DNA of 62,315 bases, counting the filler, from Chiloscyllium plagiosum (taxonomy: Eukaryota), in the NCBI RefSeq assembly GCF_004010195.1. It is 4 parts of one record of this genome, joined end to end, with 100 filler letters (N's around TTAATTAATTAA, not from the genome) between each part and the next. Parts side by side here need not be neighbours in the genome. Positions count along the whole stretch, not along the records: positions 1 to 25,157 come from NC_057710.1; positions 25,258 to 38,938 come from NC_057710.1; 2 more parts are not named here. One strand, given 5' to 3'. Within the stretch, counting starts at the first letter, position 1, and each line of letters begins with the position of its first letter. The position numbers and the translations under genes are program-made. Shown here in pieces: positions 23,721 to 37,149 of this stretch. The notes beneath the pieces were generated by a model. It saw nothing but the letters and a program-made list of their open reading frames with translations, was not told the DNA's origin and did no database searches.

Positions 23721-24116
23721 TTGTGCTCAGAACCCCGGTTACTGGGAGGTCTGATGCGACCCCACTGCCTTAATAGACACCCAATAGAATATCCAAAGTA
23801 TCCCAAATTTGAGACTCTGTAACAGCAAATAGCAGGCAAAATTTACAGAGAGCATCGCTGGGAGAGCCGCCCCAACATTGCCTGGTCCTTGCTCACCAGG
23901 AGATCTGCCTTCGGTGCACCAAAGAATACAGTTTCCTCAACAGGATCCAGGGAGGAGGAATTTCAGTGATCAGGATAGATTGGGTTACATCACAGGTTGG
24001 GCGACATTCAGCCCCTATTCTGTTCCAGGTCTCTCCAACAGCAACACATCTAGCCCCAGACCAGACCTTATTTTTTTGGCATTTTCAGCTAACATTTTCA
24101 CTTCAGCTCCTGATCA

Positions 24117-24483
24117 TATATGGAGGTTTATAAAATCATGAGGAGCATGGATAGGATCAATAGACAAAGTCTTTTCCCTGGGGTGGGGGAGTATAGAACG
24201 AGAGGGCATAGGTTTAGGGTGAGAGGGGAAAGATATAAAAGGGACCTAAGGGGTAACTTTTTCACACAGAGGGTGGGGTGTGTATGGAGGAGGTGGTGGT
24301 GGAGGCTGGTACAATTGCAATGTTTAAAAGGGATCTGGATGAGTATAGGAATAGGAAGGGTTTGGAGGGATATGGGCCGGGTGCTGGCAGGTGGGACTAG
24401 ATTGGGTTAAGATATCTGGTCGGCATGGACGAGTTGGACTGAAGGGTCTGTTTCTGTGCTGTACATCTCTATGACTCTATGAC
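24117..24483 (+). mobile_element. CR1 LINE 3' end
   Basis: EVYKIMR..TRGHRFRVRG..FFTQRV; (CTATGACT) tail. Confidence 0.92.
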
Positions 24484-24739
24484 ATCCTCTCTTGTAGCTC
24501 TCCCATCACACTCTCAGGTGAGTGCTCTTCAGATCATACAGCACAGCAGAGGCCCTTCAGCCCTCCCTATCCACACTAATCCAACATCCCAGCATTTGCC
24601 TCATTACCTTGAAAAATGTGATAATTGCTGACAGATACTAACTATAGGTTGGACAAATTGGCTTCTGCTCATGCCACCTTTGCTTCTTTTTTCCAATTAC
24701 CACCAATCTGTGTCATTTTCAAATGGGTCCAGTTTCTCC

Positions 24740-25157
24740 ACCTGAAAACCGGCAGCGTTTGGACCCGAACAGGACAAACAGTACAGACTACAGATTCAAA
24801 AACACCAGCAACAGTTCTCCTTCAAGATCCTCCGCTCCACGCTCGCAGCAATGCGCCGGCACCTAACCTCTCTACAGTCTGCCCTGCCTCAGCTGAGGGC
24901 CACACTCTCTCAGAATTACAAAGGACCCACTCTGTACTACATCCTTAGGAGAATCCATACTCTCAACAAACAGTATTTCAATTCCATCTCAAACATCAAA
25001 AACTGTAAGTACAACAAACTTTTATCTACCCAGCTCCATAACCAGCGCTCCTTGAACATTCCAGAAGATTCCCCTGGCCTCACAATCTACTCAGACGCCA
25101 TTAGCCATGCAGCTGCCACCCCCACGCTGATTGATGATGTCACTTCCGCCCCCATCA
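24740..25157 (+). mobile_element. Probable Penelope-like ORF N-terminal region
   Basis: Open frame FSFKILRSTLAAMRRHL.. running into a gap next to a PLE RT; assignment from recall and context only. Confidence 0.45.
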
Positions 25158-25257
25158 NNNNNNNNNNNNNNNNNNNNNNNNNNNNNNNNNNNNNNNNNNN
25201 NTTAATTAATTAANNNNNNNNNNNNNNNNNNNNNNNNNNNNNNNNNNNNNNNNNNNN

Positions 25258-25627
25258 GGTTGGTTTGTAGTAGATGTCTGTGTTGATTTGGTCGCCTGAG
25301 ATAGAAATAGAAAGGTCGAGGAAGGGGAGGGAGGAATCTGAGACTGTCCAGGTGAATTTGAGGTCGGGGTGGAAGGTGTTGGTGAAGTGGATGAACTGTT
25401 CAACCTCCTCGTGGGAGCACGAGGCGGCGCCGATACAGTCATCGATGTAGCGGAGGAAAAGGTGGGGGGTGGGGCCAGTGTAGTTGCGGAAGATGGATTG
25501 TTCCACATATCCTACGAAGAGGCAGGCATAGCTGGGGCCCATGCGGGTGCCCATGGCTACTCCTTTCGTTTGGAGGAAGTGGGAGGATTGGAAAGAGAAG
25601 TTGTTCAGGGTGAGGACCAGTTCACCT
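25258..25627 (-). mobile_element. Penelope-like reverse transcriptase (uninterrupted fragment, gap-truncated)
   Basis: NNFSF..FLQTKGVAMGTRMGPSYACLF..FLRYIDD..LPFLDL..TDIYYKPT, diagnostic PLE RT motifs. Confidence 0.93.
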
Positions 25628-25799
25628 TCATTGTAAATATTCAGCAAGGTACAAGATTCTTCCAAGCGCCTGACTAACATCCCTCACACAACCAACAGCA
25701 TATATTAATTAACATGGACACATAAGGAATGGGAACAAAAGTAGCCTGTTTTAGCATTCACTCCGACCATGGCTGTAATAACTGCGATTTCAAGTCAAT

Positions 25800-28508
25800 T
25801 TGGGGCTATGATGTTGTGGCCATAACAGAGACGTTGGTTTCACAGGGGCAGGAATGGTTGCTTCATGTTTCAGGATTTAGAATGTTTAAAAATGGGGAGG
25901 GTGGAAAAAGAGGAGGGGGGGTAGCGTTGCTAATCAGAGAGTGCATCACAGCTACTGAAACGAAGGTTGTTGAGGAAAGTTTGTCTACTGAGTCAGTATG
26001 GGTGGAAGTTAGGAACAGCAAGGGAACAGCCACCGCACTGGGGGTTTTCTACAGACCACCTAATAGTCGAGAGATTGAAGATCTCATAGGCGGGCAGATT
26101 CTGAAAAAATGCAGAAGTAGCAGGGTTGTTGTTATGGGTGATTTCAACTTTCCCAATATTGACTGGAACCTCCTTTGTGCAGATGGTTTGGATGGTGCCG
26201 TTTTTGTCAGGTGTGTCAGGAGGGTTTCCTTACTCAGTACGTGGACAGACCGACGAGGGGAGAGACCATTTTGGATTTGGTGCTCGGCAATGAGCCAGGA
26301 CAGTATCAGATCTCGTGATGGGAGAACACTTTAGTGACAGTGACCACAATTGCTTCACATTTACCATAGCCTTAGAGACGGAATGGCGCAATTACCAAGG
26401 GAAGATATTTAATTGTGGAAAAGGAAATTATGACACGATCGGACAGGAGTTGGGAAGCATAGACTGGGAACAATTGTTTCACAGAAAGGGCATAGCAGAC
26501 ATGTTGAGACTATTTAAGGAACAGTTCTTGCGAGTGGTGCATGAATTTGTTCCTCTGAGACAGGAAAGTAGGGGTAAGATTAAGGAACCTTGGATGACGA
26601 GAACAAAGGAACTTCTCGTCCAGAGGAAGAAGGCAGCTTACATAAGGTGGAGGAAGCAAGGATCTAGCACAGCTTTAGAGGATTACAGGCTTGCTAGAAA
26701 GGAGCTCAGAAATGGACTGTGGTGGGCTAGGAGGGGGCACGAAAAAGGCTTGGCAGGAAGGATTAGGGAGAACCCAAAGGCATTTAACTCATACGTGAGA
26801 AATAAGAGAATAATCGGGGAGAAGGTAGGGTTGATCAGGGATAGTGGAGGGAGCCCGTGTGTGGAGTCTGAGCAGATAGGGGAAGCCCTAAATGAGTTTT
26901 TTGCTTCGATTTTCACCAAGGAAACGGAACTTGTTGTAAATGAAAACTTAGAGGAGCTGGGATACAGTCTTGACCAGATCGAGATTGATGAAGTTGATGT
27001 GCTAGATATTTTGGGAAACAGTAAGATGATAAGTCTCCAGGGCGAGACCAAATTTGTCCTAGGTTCTTCCAGGAAGCAAGAAAGGAGGTTACTAAACCGC
27101 TGACGAGGATATTTGCCTCTTCCCTCTCTACGGGAATCATATCGGAGGATTGGAAGGAAGTAATAGGGAAATTCCTGGCAATTACAGACCAGTCAGTCTG
27201 ACATCTGTGGTCAGCAAAGAATTCTGAGGGAAAGGATTTATGACTATTTGGCAAAGTATAGTGTGATTAAAGGCAGTCAGCAAGGCTTTGTGACGGGCAG
27301 ATCATGCCTCACAAATCTTATTGAGTTCTTCGAGGAGGTGTCAAGACAGGTCGACGACGGTCGAGCAGTGGATGTGGTGTATATTGACTTCAGCAAGGCA
27401 TTTGATAAGGTTCCTCATGGTGGGCTCATTCATAAAGTCAGGGAGATTTGGCTATCTGGATTCAGAATTGGCTGGCTGACAGAAGGCAGAGAGTGGCTGT
27501 AGATGGAAAATATTCTGCCTGGAGGTCGGTGTTGAGTGGGATCTGCAGGGCTCTGTTCTTGGGCCTCTGTAGGTTTTATAAATGACTTGGATGAGGAGGT
27601 TGAGGGGTGGGTTAGTAAATTTGCAGATGACACAAAGGTTGGAGGTGTCGTCGATCGTATAGAGGGTTACTGCAGGCTGCAGCACGACATTGTCAGGATG
27701 CAGAGCTGGGCTGAAAAATGACAGATGGAGTTCAACCTGGATAAGTGCAAAGTGATGCATTTTGGAAGGTCAAACTCGAATGCTGAATATAGGATTAAAG
27801 ACAGGATTCTTGGCAGTGTGGAGGAACAGAGGGATCTGGGTGTGGAAATACATAAATCCCTCAAAGTTGCCACCCAAGTGCATAGGGTTGTTAAGAAAGC
27901 ATATGGTGTTTTGGCTTTCAGGGGGATCGAGTTTAAGAGCCGTGAGGTTTTGCTACAGCTCTACAATCCCTGGTGAGACCACACTTGGAATATTGTGTCC
28001 AGTTCTGGTCGCCCTACTATAGGAAAGGTACAGAGGCTTTGGAGAGGGTGCAAAGAAGGTTTACCAGGATGCTGCCTGGACTGGAGGGTTTGCCTTATGA
28101 AGAAAGGTTGAATAAGCTCGGACTTTTCTCTCTGGAGAGAAGGAGGAAGCGAGGAGACCTCATCAAAGTGTACAAAATAATGAGTGGAATAGATAGAGTC
28201 AATAGCCAGAGGCTTTTCCCCAGGACAGGATTAACTGACACAAGGGATCATAGTTTGAAGATATTAGGAGGAAGGTATAAAGGAGACATCAGAGATTGGT
28301 TCTTTATGCAGTGAGTTGTGAATGCATGGAATGCGGTGGTGGTAGAAGCAGAGTCATTGGGGACATTTAAGCAACTGCTGGACATGCACATGGATTGCAG
28401 TGAGTTGAGGGGTGTATAGGTTAAGTTACTATATTTTACATTAGGATTAACAACGTCGTGGGCCAAAGGGCCTGTTCTGTGCTGTACTTTTTTATGTTCT
28501 AAGTTCTA
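25800..28508 (+). mobile_element. CR1 LINE ORF2 (APE+RT) and 3' UTR, defective
   Basis: [46 protein letters not shown]. Confidence 0.95.
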
Positions 28509-28644
28509 ACTTTCTTGTCTGCACCCTCCATCATCCTCAACTCATTTGACAACCAAACATCTGTTGAACTCAGCCCATTAAAAGACTCAATGACCCAGCA
28601 TCTCTGCTCTCTGGACAAGAGAATTCCAAACACTCAATTGGAGT

Positions 28645-28895
28645 TGAAGCCATTTAAAACTGAGATGAGGAGATGCTTCTTCACCCAGAGAGTGATGTGT
28701 CTATAGAATTCTCTGCCACAGAAAGCAATTGAAACTAAAACATTGAATGTTTTTAAGAGTTAGATAAAGTTCTTAGGTTTAAAAGGATCAAAGGTTATGA
28801 GGAAAAAGTGAGAACGGAATTGGATGATCGGTATGGCAGAGTTGGATCAAAGGGCCAAATGGCCAACTCCTGCTCCCATTTTCTACATCTCTATG
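28645..28895 (+). mobile_element. CR1 3' end fragment
   Basis: PFKTEMRRCFFTQRV plus UTR. Confidence 0.8.
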
Positions 28896-29330
28896 ACAAC
28901 CTTCAGAAAATAAATTCCTCTGCCTTAACTAGGAGATCATTTATTTTGAAACCAAGGGCTCTATTTTTAGATTCCTCCATAAGGGAGAACATCCTCTCTG
29001 CAATCATTCTGTCAAGGCTAACAAACTTGTCACTTCATTTGAATACTTAAAAGTGACTACACAGCACAGTGACTCGACAGGCCAAAAGGCCTGACTCCTC
29101 TGTACTATGGCCATTGTATGAATCCACTGTATAGATTGACTATTGTGAAACCAAATTCTCACTCAGCAAGTTCTATAGTAAGCTACCTAGAAAATCTCAA
29201 TGCGATCAGCAGAGTCAATGTGGCTTTGTGAATGGTAAATCATGTTTAACTAATCTCTTAGATTTTTTCACAAAAGTGGATAAAACGAAACAGATAGATA
29301 CAATGTAATTGGATTTTCAAAAGGCATTTG

Positions 29331-30027
29331 GTGACATGGTGGCATAGTAGTTAGCACTGTTGCCTCAGTGTCAGGGACCGAGGTTTGATTCCAGTCTAGG
29401 GTGATTATTTATATAGAGTATGAAGTTAAAAATCATACAACACCAGAGACTGATGTGTCTGTAGAATTCTCTGCCAACAGGTTGGACTATAACCTGCTGT
29501 TGAGTGATTTTTAACTTTGTCCAACCTATTCAAACACCGGCACCTCCAAGTCATATACAGAGTATCACATTCTTCCCACGTCTGCATGAGTTTCCTCCAT
29601 TCCAAAGATAAGCAGGTTAGGTGGACTGCCATGCTAAATTGCCCATAGTATCCAGGGATGTGGGATGTGCAAACTAGGTGAGTTAAGAGTCTAAAAGTGT
29701 GGCACTGGTAAAGCACAACAGGTCAGGTAGCATCTGAAGAGCAGGTGTGTCGATGTTTCGGACATAAGCCCTTCGTCACATTCTGATGAAGGGCTTATGT
29801 CTGAAACATCGACTCTCCTGCTCTTCAGATGCTGCCTGACCTGCTGTGCTTTTCGAGTGTCACACTTTTCGACTCTGATTCTCCAGCATCTGCAGTCCCC
29901 ACTTTCTCCAAGCTAGGTGGATCAGCCGTGGGAAATGCAGGGTTGTACGGATAGGTGGGTCTGAGTGGGATATTCTTCAGAGGGTCAGTGTGGGCTGAAT
30001 GGCCTGCTTCCACAGGGATTCTATGAT
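29331..30027 (+). mobile_element. HE1 SINE carrying two PLE fold-back insertions (29422-29554 and 29681-29908)
   Basis: SINE head, V-domain and tail are collinear once the inserts are removed. TSD-like pairs atatagagtat/atacagagtat and caaactaggtg/caagctaggtg. Confidence 0.85.
29783..29813 (+). ncRNA. Hammerhead motif (CpG-decayed)
   Basis: CUGAUGA-A-GGGC-UUAU-GUCU-GAAAC-AUC. Confidence 0.6.
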
Positions 30028-31109
30028 TGATAATGTGCCACATCAAATCCTGCTGCACAAGAAAAGAGCACATGGTGTAGAGGATAAATTAGCATGGATA
30101 AAGGATTGGTTAGCAAACAGGAAGCAAAAACTAGAGATAGATTAGACATTATTGGTTTGATAAGGAGCATCTAGTAGGGTAGCACAGGGATCAGTGCTGA
30201 CTTCTCAACAATTTACAATCAATATCAACGGTTTGGTTAAGAGGACTGAATGTACAGGAACTAAGTTCACTAATAACACTAAGATAGGTCGGAAACTAAG
30301 TTATCAAGAGGAGGTAGAGTGTGCAAAGAGGTGAAGTGAATGGACAAAAAAACTGACATGCGGAAATGCAAACTTGTTGATTTTGACAGGAAGAATAGAA
30401 AAGCAGTATATAATTTCCATGGAGAGAGACTGCAGAACCCAGTCATACAGAGGGATCTAAGAGTCCTGGTACATGAATCACAAGAAGCTTGTATGCAGGT
30501 GCAGCAAGTGACTGTGAAGGCATTGAGAATGTTATCATTTCTCTCAAGAAAATGGAATATGAAAATAGGGAAAGTTTTACCACAGCTGTACAAGGTACAG
30601 GAGAGACCATAGCTGGAGTACTATGTACAGTTTTGTACATTTGTCCCATTTGAAAACAGACTGAATTGCTTTCAGAATCATTCAAAAAGATACACTCAAC
30701 TCATTCCAGGGATAAAGGCTTAGCTTATGAGAAATGTTTGGAAAGGTTAGCTCATCTCCATTGGACTTTAGAAGTATGGGAGGTAATGTTGATGAAACAT
30801 AAGATATGTGGAAACCCACAGGATGAGTCCTCCTGTGAAACAGATCTAAGCCATCTCTCTTTTGTGTCAGCTTGTGTTTTTTTTTCTCTCCAAGGTCTAT
30901 CAGATGTAGAATTATTTTTCCTGAAAGATACCTGAAACTGGATTTTTACATTTATTGAAGTCTAAGTTAAGTAAATGTTTGATAGACAAGAGAGTCAAAG
31001 AAAATGGAAGTGAGTCCACAATCAGATGGGCCACGATCTTATTGAATGGTGAAGCAGGCTCAAGAGACCAAATGACTTACTCTTGCTCCTGACTCTTATG
31101 CTCATGAGC

Positions 31110-31760
31110 TCATGTTTCACATTAATTCATACAAGTTTCCATGATTTGCCCCCTTCTCTTCACTGTTTATACACAATCTCTTCATTGTATCAGATATCTA
31201 TATCCTCTCTAACTGCCCACATACCAGTAAAACCTCAAAAAGGTACAATTTAACTGAGCAAACCAAACCTTCTTCCTTTTGGTTTCCACCTCCATTACCA
31301 CATTGACGAAGATCACTTCCTCCCATCTCAGTAACGTAAACCACATTAATTCCATTTCCTCCCAAAGCTAAAACCTTAGCCCATGCCTTTATCACCATGA
31401 TATTTGACATTCTGGCAACTCACTTGGGCTATTTTGCAATTCAACTCTCTCAGTCTCAAATGATCAAAAAATATGTAGTCTTGCTCAAACAAAAGTCTCC
31501 TATTAACCCTATCCTCTCTACTATCCATTTGCTGCTCAATAGAACCGACCAAATTTCTCAATCTGGACTTTTCAATTTTTTTATTTTTACTGGCCTGAAG
31601 TCCCCAGCCCAGAGATCAAACATCACAGATACTTTTTGTCTCTGACTCCTATCACTGCTGCACTATTGACTTGCTTTCTATGAACGGTCCTATTCAAGCA
31701 GTTCCCTGCTAAGTTTCCAAATTCACAGATGTTTAAAAACCTTACTCAACACTAAGTCTC
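31110..31760 (+). mobile_element. Highly decayed L2-like LINE
   Basis: AKTLAHAFIT resembles the L2 ORF2 motif AETLIHAFITSRLDY. Confidence 0.5.
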
Positions 31761-31814
31761 TCCCATCCTTTATTGGGAAAGATATATAGACCTTGCAGGG
31801 AGTTTTTTTTTTAT

Positions 31815-32455
31815 TAGTCACAGGCTTTGACATCACTGCCAAAGCCAATGGACATTTGCTGTCCATCCTGAACTGCCTTTGGTAAAGTGGTGGTGAGCTG
31901 TCTTCGAGATGGAACAGACAGCCGCATCATTATTAGGAAGGGGGTTCCAGGATACTGACCCAGCAACAAACAAGCTCCAAGGAATGTTATATTGTTTCAA
32001 GTCAGGATGGCAGGTGACTTGGAGGGGAACTTTTAGGTGGTGGCATTTCCAACCCTCTGCTGCCTTTATCTTTCTGGGTGACAAGGTCAGAGGTTTAGAA
32101 AGTGCTACCAAAGAAGTCTTGATGAGTTACTGTTGGTGTATCTTGTAGACAGCACACTACTGCCACTATGGTGGAGAAAGTGAATTTGGAAGGTGTTGGA
32201 TGGGGTTCCATTAATGCAGGATGCTTTATCCTGGAAGATGTTGAGCTTCCAGAGTGTGTTAGAGCTGCACTCATCCAGGCAAGTGTAGAGACTCCTATCA
32301 CACTCCAGACTTGTGCCTCATAGACAGTGAACATGCGTTGAGTGTGAAGAGGCATGCTACTTATCTCAGAATTCCCAGCCTTTGGTCTGATGCAACAGCC
32401 ACAGTTTTTATATGACTAGACCAGTTCAGTATTTCAGCAATGGTTAACACCCTTA
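31815..32455 (-). mobile_element. Second CR1-clade LINE family 3' end
   Basis: Same tail and MEYSPLAWMSAA-like segment as 18585-19170. Confidence 0.8.
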
Positions 32456-33949
32456 AAGGTGAATGAGGCTTAATTAAGTTTTTTGTTACTTTGCACATGT
32501 ATTCCCTGGAACTTAAAATGTGTGATTTGATCCAAGTTTTCAATGTTATGATGAACATGCAAGATAGGCAGAAACTATTTCTGCTGGCCAGGGATCGAAA
32601 CAGCATTGCCTTTTTACGGAGTGAATTAGGAAATAATTCGACATGGTCTTCCTCAAACAGCAGTTGATGTCACTTCAAATGTTAATTTTAAATCCAAGAT
32701 TGATAGTCTTTTCATGTGGAGTGATGTCAGAATATGAAATTAGGAATATTAGAATAGACTTGGTGGGAGAGAGGGTGTCAAATGGCCTATTTTAAATCAC
32801 ACATTCTATCCCTCCCTTCCCACCTCTGCTTCAGTTGCCACAATTGTGTTCTTCAAAATTGTAAAAGACTCCATGAAATTGTCCTCTCTGCTATTAACGG
32901 GCATGTTGTTGTTGAGCTAGCAACTACAATTGAAAATTCACTCCCTCCACTCTGTAGCCCACCAACACAGCATGCTGCACTTCAGACAAAATATCTCAAC
33001 ACAGGATACATCGTGAAGAACCTACTGCAAAATTCCAATTTTGCTCCCAATTCATCTGGTCATCTCATTGGTTGTAATAAAAGCATTCACAGGGTTAAAA
33101 AGGAGCTCTGTGTTTTGTTCTCAAAAGGAAAAAATATGTCATATCTCTTTTCCTGAGTGGAATTGCGCAGAAGAGTATATTTACACAGGATACACTGTAT
33201 ACCAGGATGTATGAAAATAGGAACTCGCCCATTTACTGTCGGCAGAAAAAAAGTCTGTTTATGAGTTCCGCAGAGGAAGTGTTACACTGTTTATTATATC
33301 TGTGGTGGTGACAAGCCTACCATTTCATCAGCAAGACAGGCAAAGGCTAATAAAGAATACCTTCAGTTCCCTTGATTTTACACATCTCTCCTTTGCACAA
33401 AACAGATGTGTGACCGGTTAACAAATATAAAATTATATTGTGTTAGTTCAGCACATTTTAAAACACAGGAGGGCCATCTGGTCCACCAAACCTGTGCCAA
33501 CTCCATCTGGTTCCAAATCTCTTCAAAACCTCCTGCCTTTCAACCTAAAATTTAGTCCCGCTTATACTGACCCTTCAAATAGGACTGTTTTCTATCCACC
33601 CTGTCCATGTCTCTCATCAGATACACCACAATCAGGTCCCCTCTCAGCCTGCTCTATTCCAAAGAAAACAAAGTAAGATTGTCCAACCTCTCTTCATAGC
33701 TAAAGTTCTCCATCCCACACAACATCCTGGTGAATCTCCTCTGCACAAATCTGTTGCTGCTGTTGGACCACAGTGTTTCATGGAAGTCCAATCCTCAATT
33801 CTTAGGTCTGTTTGAAATCCAGCCCTTTCAGGATGGTGGTAATACTATACAACACATGGGAGGGTGTCCTCAATGTAAATGCAGTATTTTTTTAATATTC
33901 TCATGCTGATGTGGGTGTTGCTAGTTGGCCAGCTGGCCAGCTTTTATCA

Positions 33950-34082
33950 CCTTCTGAGGAAGGGTCACTCGACTCAAAATGTTAACTCTGTTTACTCTCC
34001 ACAGATGCTGCCAACCTGCTGAGCTTTTCCAGCAATACTATTTTTCTGATTTACAGCATTCACCACATTCTTTTGGTTTTTA
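33950..34082 (+). mobile_element. Penelope-like terminal fragment with decayed hammerhead
   Basis: CTGAGGA-A-GGGTC-ACTC-GACTC-AAAATGTT-AACTC followed by the pLTR tail. Confidence 0.75.
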
Positions 34083-34296
34083 TTTATTGCCCATTCCTAG
34101 TTGCCTTGAGAAGATGGTGGTGACCTGTCTTCTTTAATTGCTGCAGTCCATGTGCTGAAAATAGAGTCACAATGCCCTTCGGGATGAAATTCCAGGATTT
34201 TGATCCAGTAACATTGAAGGAACAGCAATAAATGTCTAAGTCATGATGGTTTAGTAGCTTAGAGGGAAACTTACAGGTGGTGGGATGTTCCCATGT

Positions 34297-34618
34297 ATCT
34301 GATTCCTTACAGTATGGAAACAGGCCATTTGGCCCAACAAGTCCACACCAACCCTCCAACAGCAACCCACCTCGGACCTATTCCCCTACCCTATATTTAC
34401 CGCCGACTAATGCACCCAGCACTATGGGCAATTAGCATGGCCAATTCACCTGCACATCTTTGGATTGTGGGAGGAAACTGGAGCACCCAGAGGAAACCCA
34501 CACAGACAATATGCAAAGAATATGCAAACTCCGCATAGACAGTCACACAAAGCGGGAATCAAACCTGGGTTTCCTGGCGCTGTGAGGCAGCAGTGCTAAC
34601 CACTGAGCCACCATACCG
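34297..34618 (-). mobile_element. HE1 SINE inserted in a second-family CR1-clade fragment (about 34083-34822)
   Basis: Head, V-domain and tail on the minus strand. Confidence 0.9.
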
Positions 34619-34924
34619 CTTGGAAGGCGTTGTTTAAGGATCTTTGGTGAATTTCTGCAGTGCATCATATAGATAGTACACACTACTGCTTCTGAGTGCC
34701 AGTGGTGGAGGGAGTGAAGGATGGAGCTGTTGTGCCATTCGAGCAGACTGCTTTGTCTTGGATTGTATCAAGTTTCTTGAGTATTGCTGGAACTGCACTC
34801 ATCCAGGCAAGTGGGGAGTATTAAGACTGAAGATGATAAAACACAGGAGCAGAAGTAGGCCATTCAGCCCATCAAGTCTGCTCTGCCATTTATTGAGATC
34901 ATGGCTAATCCAATAATCCTGAAT

Positions 34925-35712
34925 GTGGGATTACTTCCTGGCCCACTAACAACTAGTATAAAAGGGAGGCTTTCAGATGCATCATTCAGATGTTTTCCAG
35001 GACCGGTGAGACCTGTACAAGAAGGATGGGTTGCACGTAAACTGGAGGGCCATCAACACAGCTCAGGAACAGGAAGAGTGCAAATATTTTGATGGGATTG
35101 TACTACAGGACTCCAAACAGCTATTGGATGATAGAGGAACAGATATGTGGACAGATTATGGAAAAATTAAAAGCACAGGGTTGTTCACAGTGGGTCATTT
35201 TAACTTGCCCTATATTGACTGGGACTTACTTAGTGCCTGGGTCTTGGATGGGGGAAGCTTTGTTCTGTCCAGCACAGTTTTTGAAAGAATATTTAAATAG
35301 TCCAATTCGGGAAGGGGTTCATACCAGACCTGGTATTGAAGAATGAGCCCAGCGAGGTGTTTCAGCGGGAGGGTATTTTGGGAACAGTGACCATAATTTT
35401 ATAAATTTTAAGATACTAATGGATAAGGATAAGAGTAATCCTCGAGTGAAAGTACTAAACTGAGGGAAGGCTAACTACCACAATACTGTGCAGGAACTGG
35501 GGAACGCAGATTAACGGCGATTGTTTGAGGGTAAATCTATATCCAGCCTGTGGGAGTTAGTTAATGGCCAATTGATTAGTTCAGGATCAGCATGTCCTGT
35601 GAAAATGGAAAAGGATCACAAGATTCGGAAACTTTGGATGACAGGAGAAATTGAGGGGATTAGCTATGAAGAGAGATTGGACAAACTTGGTTTGTTTTCA
35701 CTTGAGCATTGA
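34925..35712 (+). mobile_element. Decayed CR1 ORF2 (APE region) with internal deletion
   Basis: GLYYRTPNS, HFNLPYIDW, SYEERLDKLGLFSLE. Confidence 0.75.
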
Positions 35713-36721
35713 ATGATGAGGGAGGTCTAGCCTCTTTACCAATTTGCTGCCTGTGCTGATGCTGAAGCTAAATGAATGATGGAGACATGATCCTCATTAT
35801 TGGGATGCTATATACTTCACTGTATTGAGGACTGTTCATGGTAATCCTCCACTGACTGCTCTGAGACCAAGGAACTTCTTTCGTTCCTTATGTTTCCATG
35901 ACAGGTCACTTCAAAAATGAGTTTTGTGCCCAGCTGCTGATGGGATGTGGTCTTTGGCAAGAAGGCTCAGGCCAACAGCAAGCCCAGGAGCAACATCAGG
36001 CCCCAGCAGAGGGTAAGGAGCACAAATAACCCCTCCATTCCCCAGCAATGAGCAAGAGACAGTGTCAACACAGTCTCCGTACATCCTGGGACACTGTGGC
36101 AAAACTTTGGTAATTCTAGAGTGGAACCTGAGGGCTGCAGGTCACCTTCTTCTAGTGACTGTGGAAGTGACAGCTGCTTTGAACTTCCATGCAACTGGCT
36201 CATTCAGCGAATGATGAGTGAGCGGTGTGGGATCAGTTGTGATCCAAAAGTGCATTAGGACAGTGACTTACACCATTACTGCATGATCCCACTGGTTCAT
36301 TTCCCAATAAGGAGGTCAATATGGAGTTCAGGCAGTAGAATTCAGAAATGTAGCTAACTTTCCCCAGTACAGGCTGCCAATGGTTGCACACGTGGCACTG
36401 AGAGAGCCGTATCACAGTGCTGTAGAATGTCATCAACAGGACGGGGTCTCATTCAAGTAATATCAAGGTGATCTATGATCACTGTTACTACTTCATGGAG
36501 GTAACCTGCTATCCATGATGGAGCAAACGATGGGGCCACCGTTTCACTGCTTTGACTGGTCCTCCAGTGTAGCCCAGACAGAGTGTGCCATGTCATCCCT
36601 GCATGCTGTACTCTGTTTAATTGGAGCAGGCAACAAGATGACGTGAGGAAGGGGAGTATCTTTCCAAAGAAGAGGAAGATAACGACTCTGGGGAAGAGGA
36701 AGCTCTCCAGAGGAGAAAGAC

Positions 36722-37137
36722 GCATAGGTTAGGTGGATTGGCCATGTTAAATTACCCTATAGTGTCCAAGGTGTGCAGAATAGGTAAATGCGAAAAGCGA
36801 ATGCTAGAAAAGCACAGCAGGTCAGAAGCATCCGAGGAGAGTCAACATTTCGGAGAGCTAATGTGCCATTCCTGATGAAGGGCTTATACCCACAATGTTG
36901 ACTCTCCTGCTCCTCGGATGCTGCCTGATCTGCTGTGCTTTTCCAGCGCCACACTTTTCGACTCTGAGTCTCCAGCATCTACAGTCCTCACTTTCTCCCT
37001 GAATAGGTAGATGTGCCATGGTAAACGTGGGGTTACAGGGATAGAGTGCATGGTGGGTCCAGGTGGGATGCTCTTCAGAGGGTTAATGCATACTCAATGG
37101 GCTAAATGGCATCTTTCTGCAGTACAGGGATTCTATA
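36722..37137 (+). mobile_element. Partial HE1 SINE with PLE fold-back insertion 36791-37000
   Basis: TSD gaataggtaaatg/gaataggtagatg; hammerhead cctgatgaagggcttataccc with a mutated GAAA. Confidence 0.8.
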
Positions 37138-37149
37138 ATTCCACAAAAA

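Larger units (their letters stand above)
29200..31105 (+). mobile_element. Old CR1 RT-to-3' fragment hosting an HE1 SINE
   Basis: GFVNGKSCLTNL..LDFQKAF, resuming at about 30028 (gataatgtgccacat). Confidence 0.8.

Noticed and set aside
25202..25213. TTAATTAATTAA palindrome embedded in N runs (also 38983-38994 and 55987-55998)
   Set aside because: Identical stop-rich linker centred in the gaps; an assembly or formatting artefact
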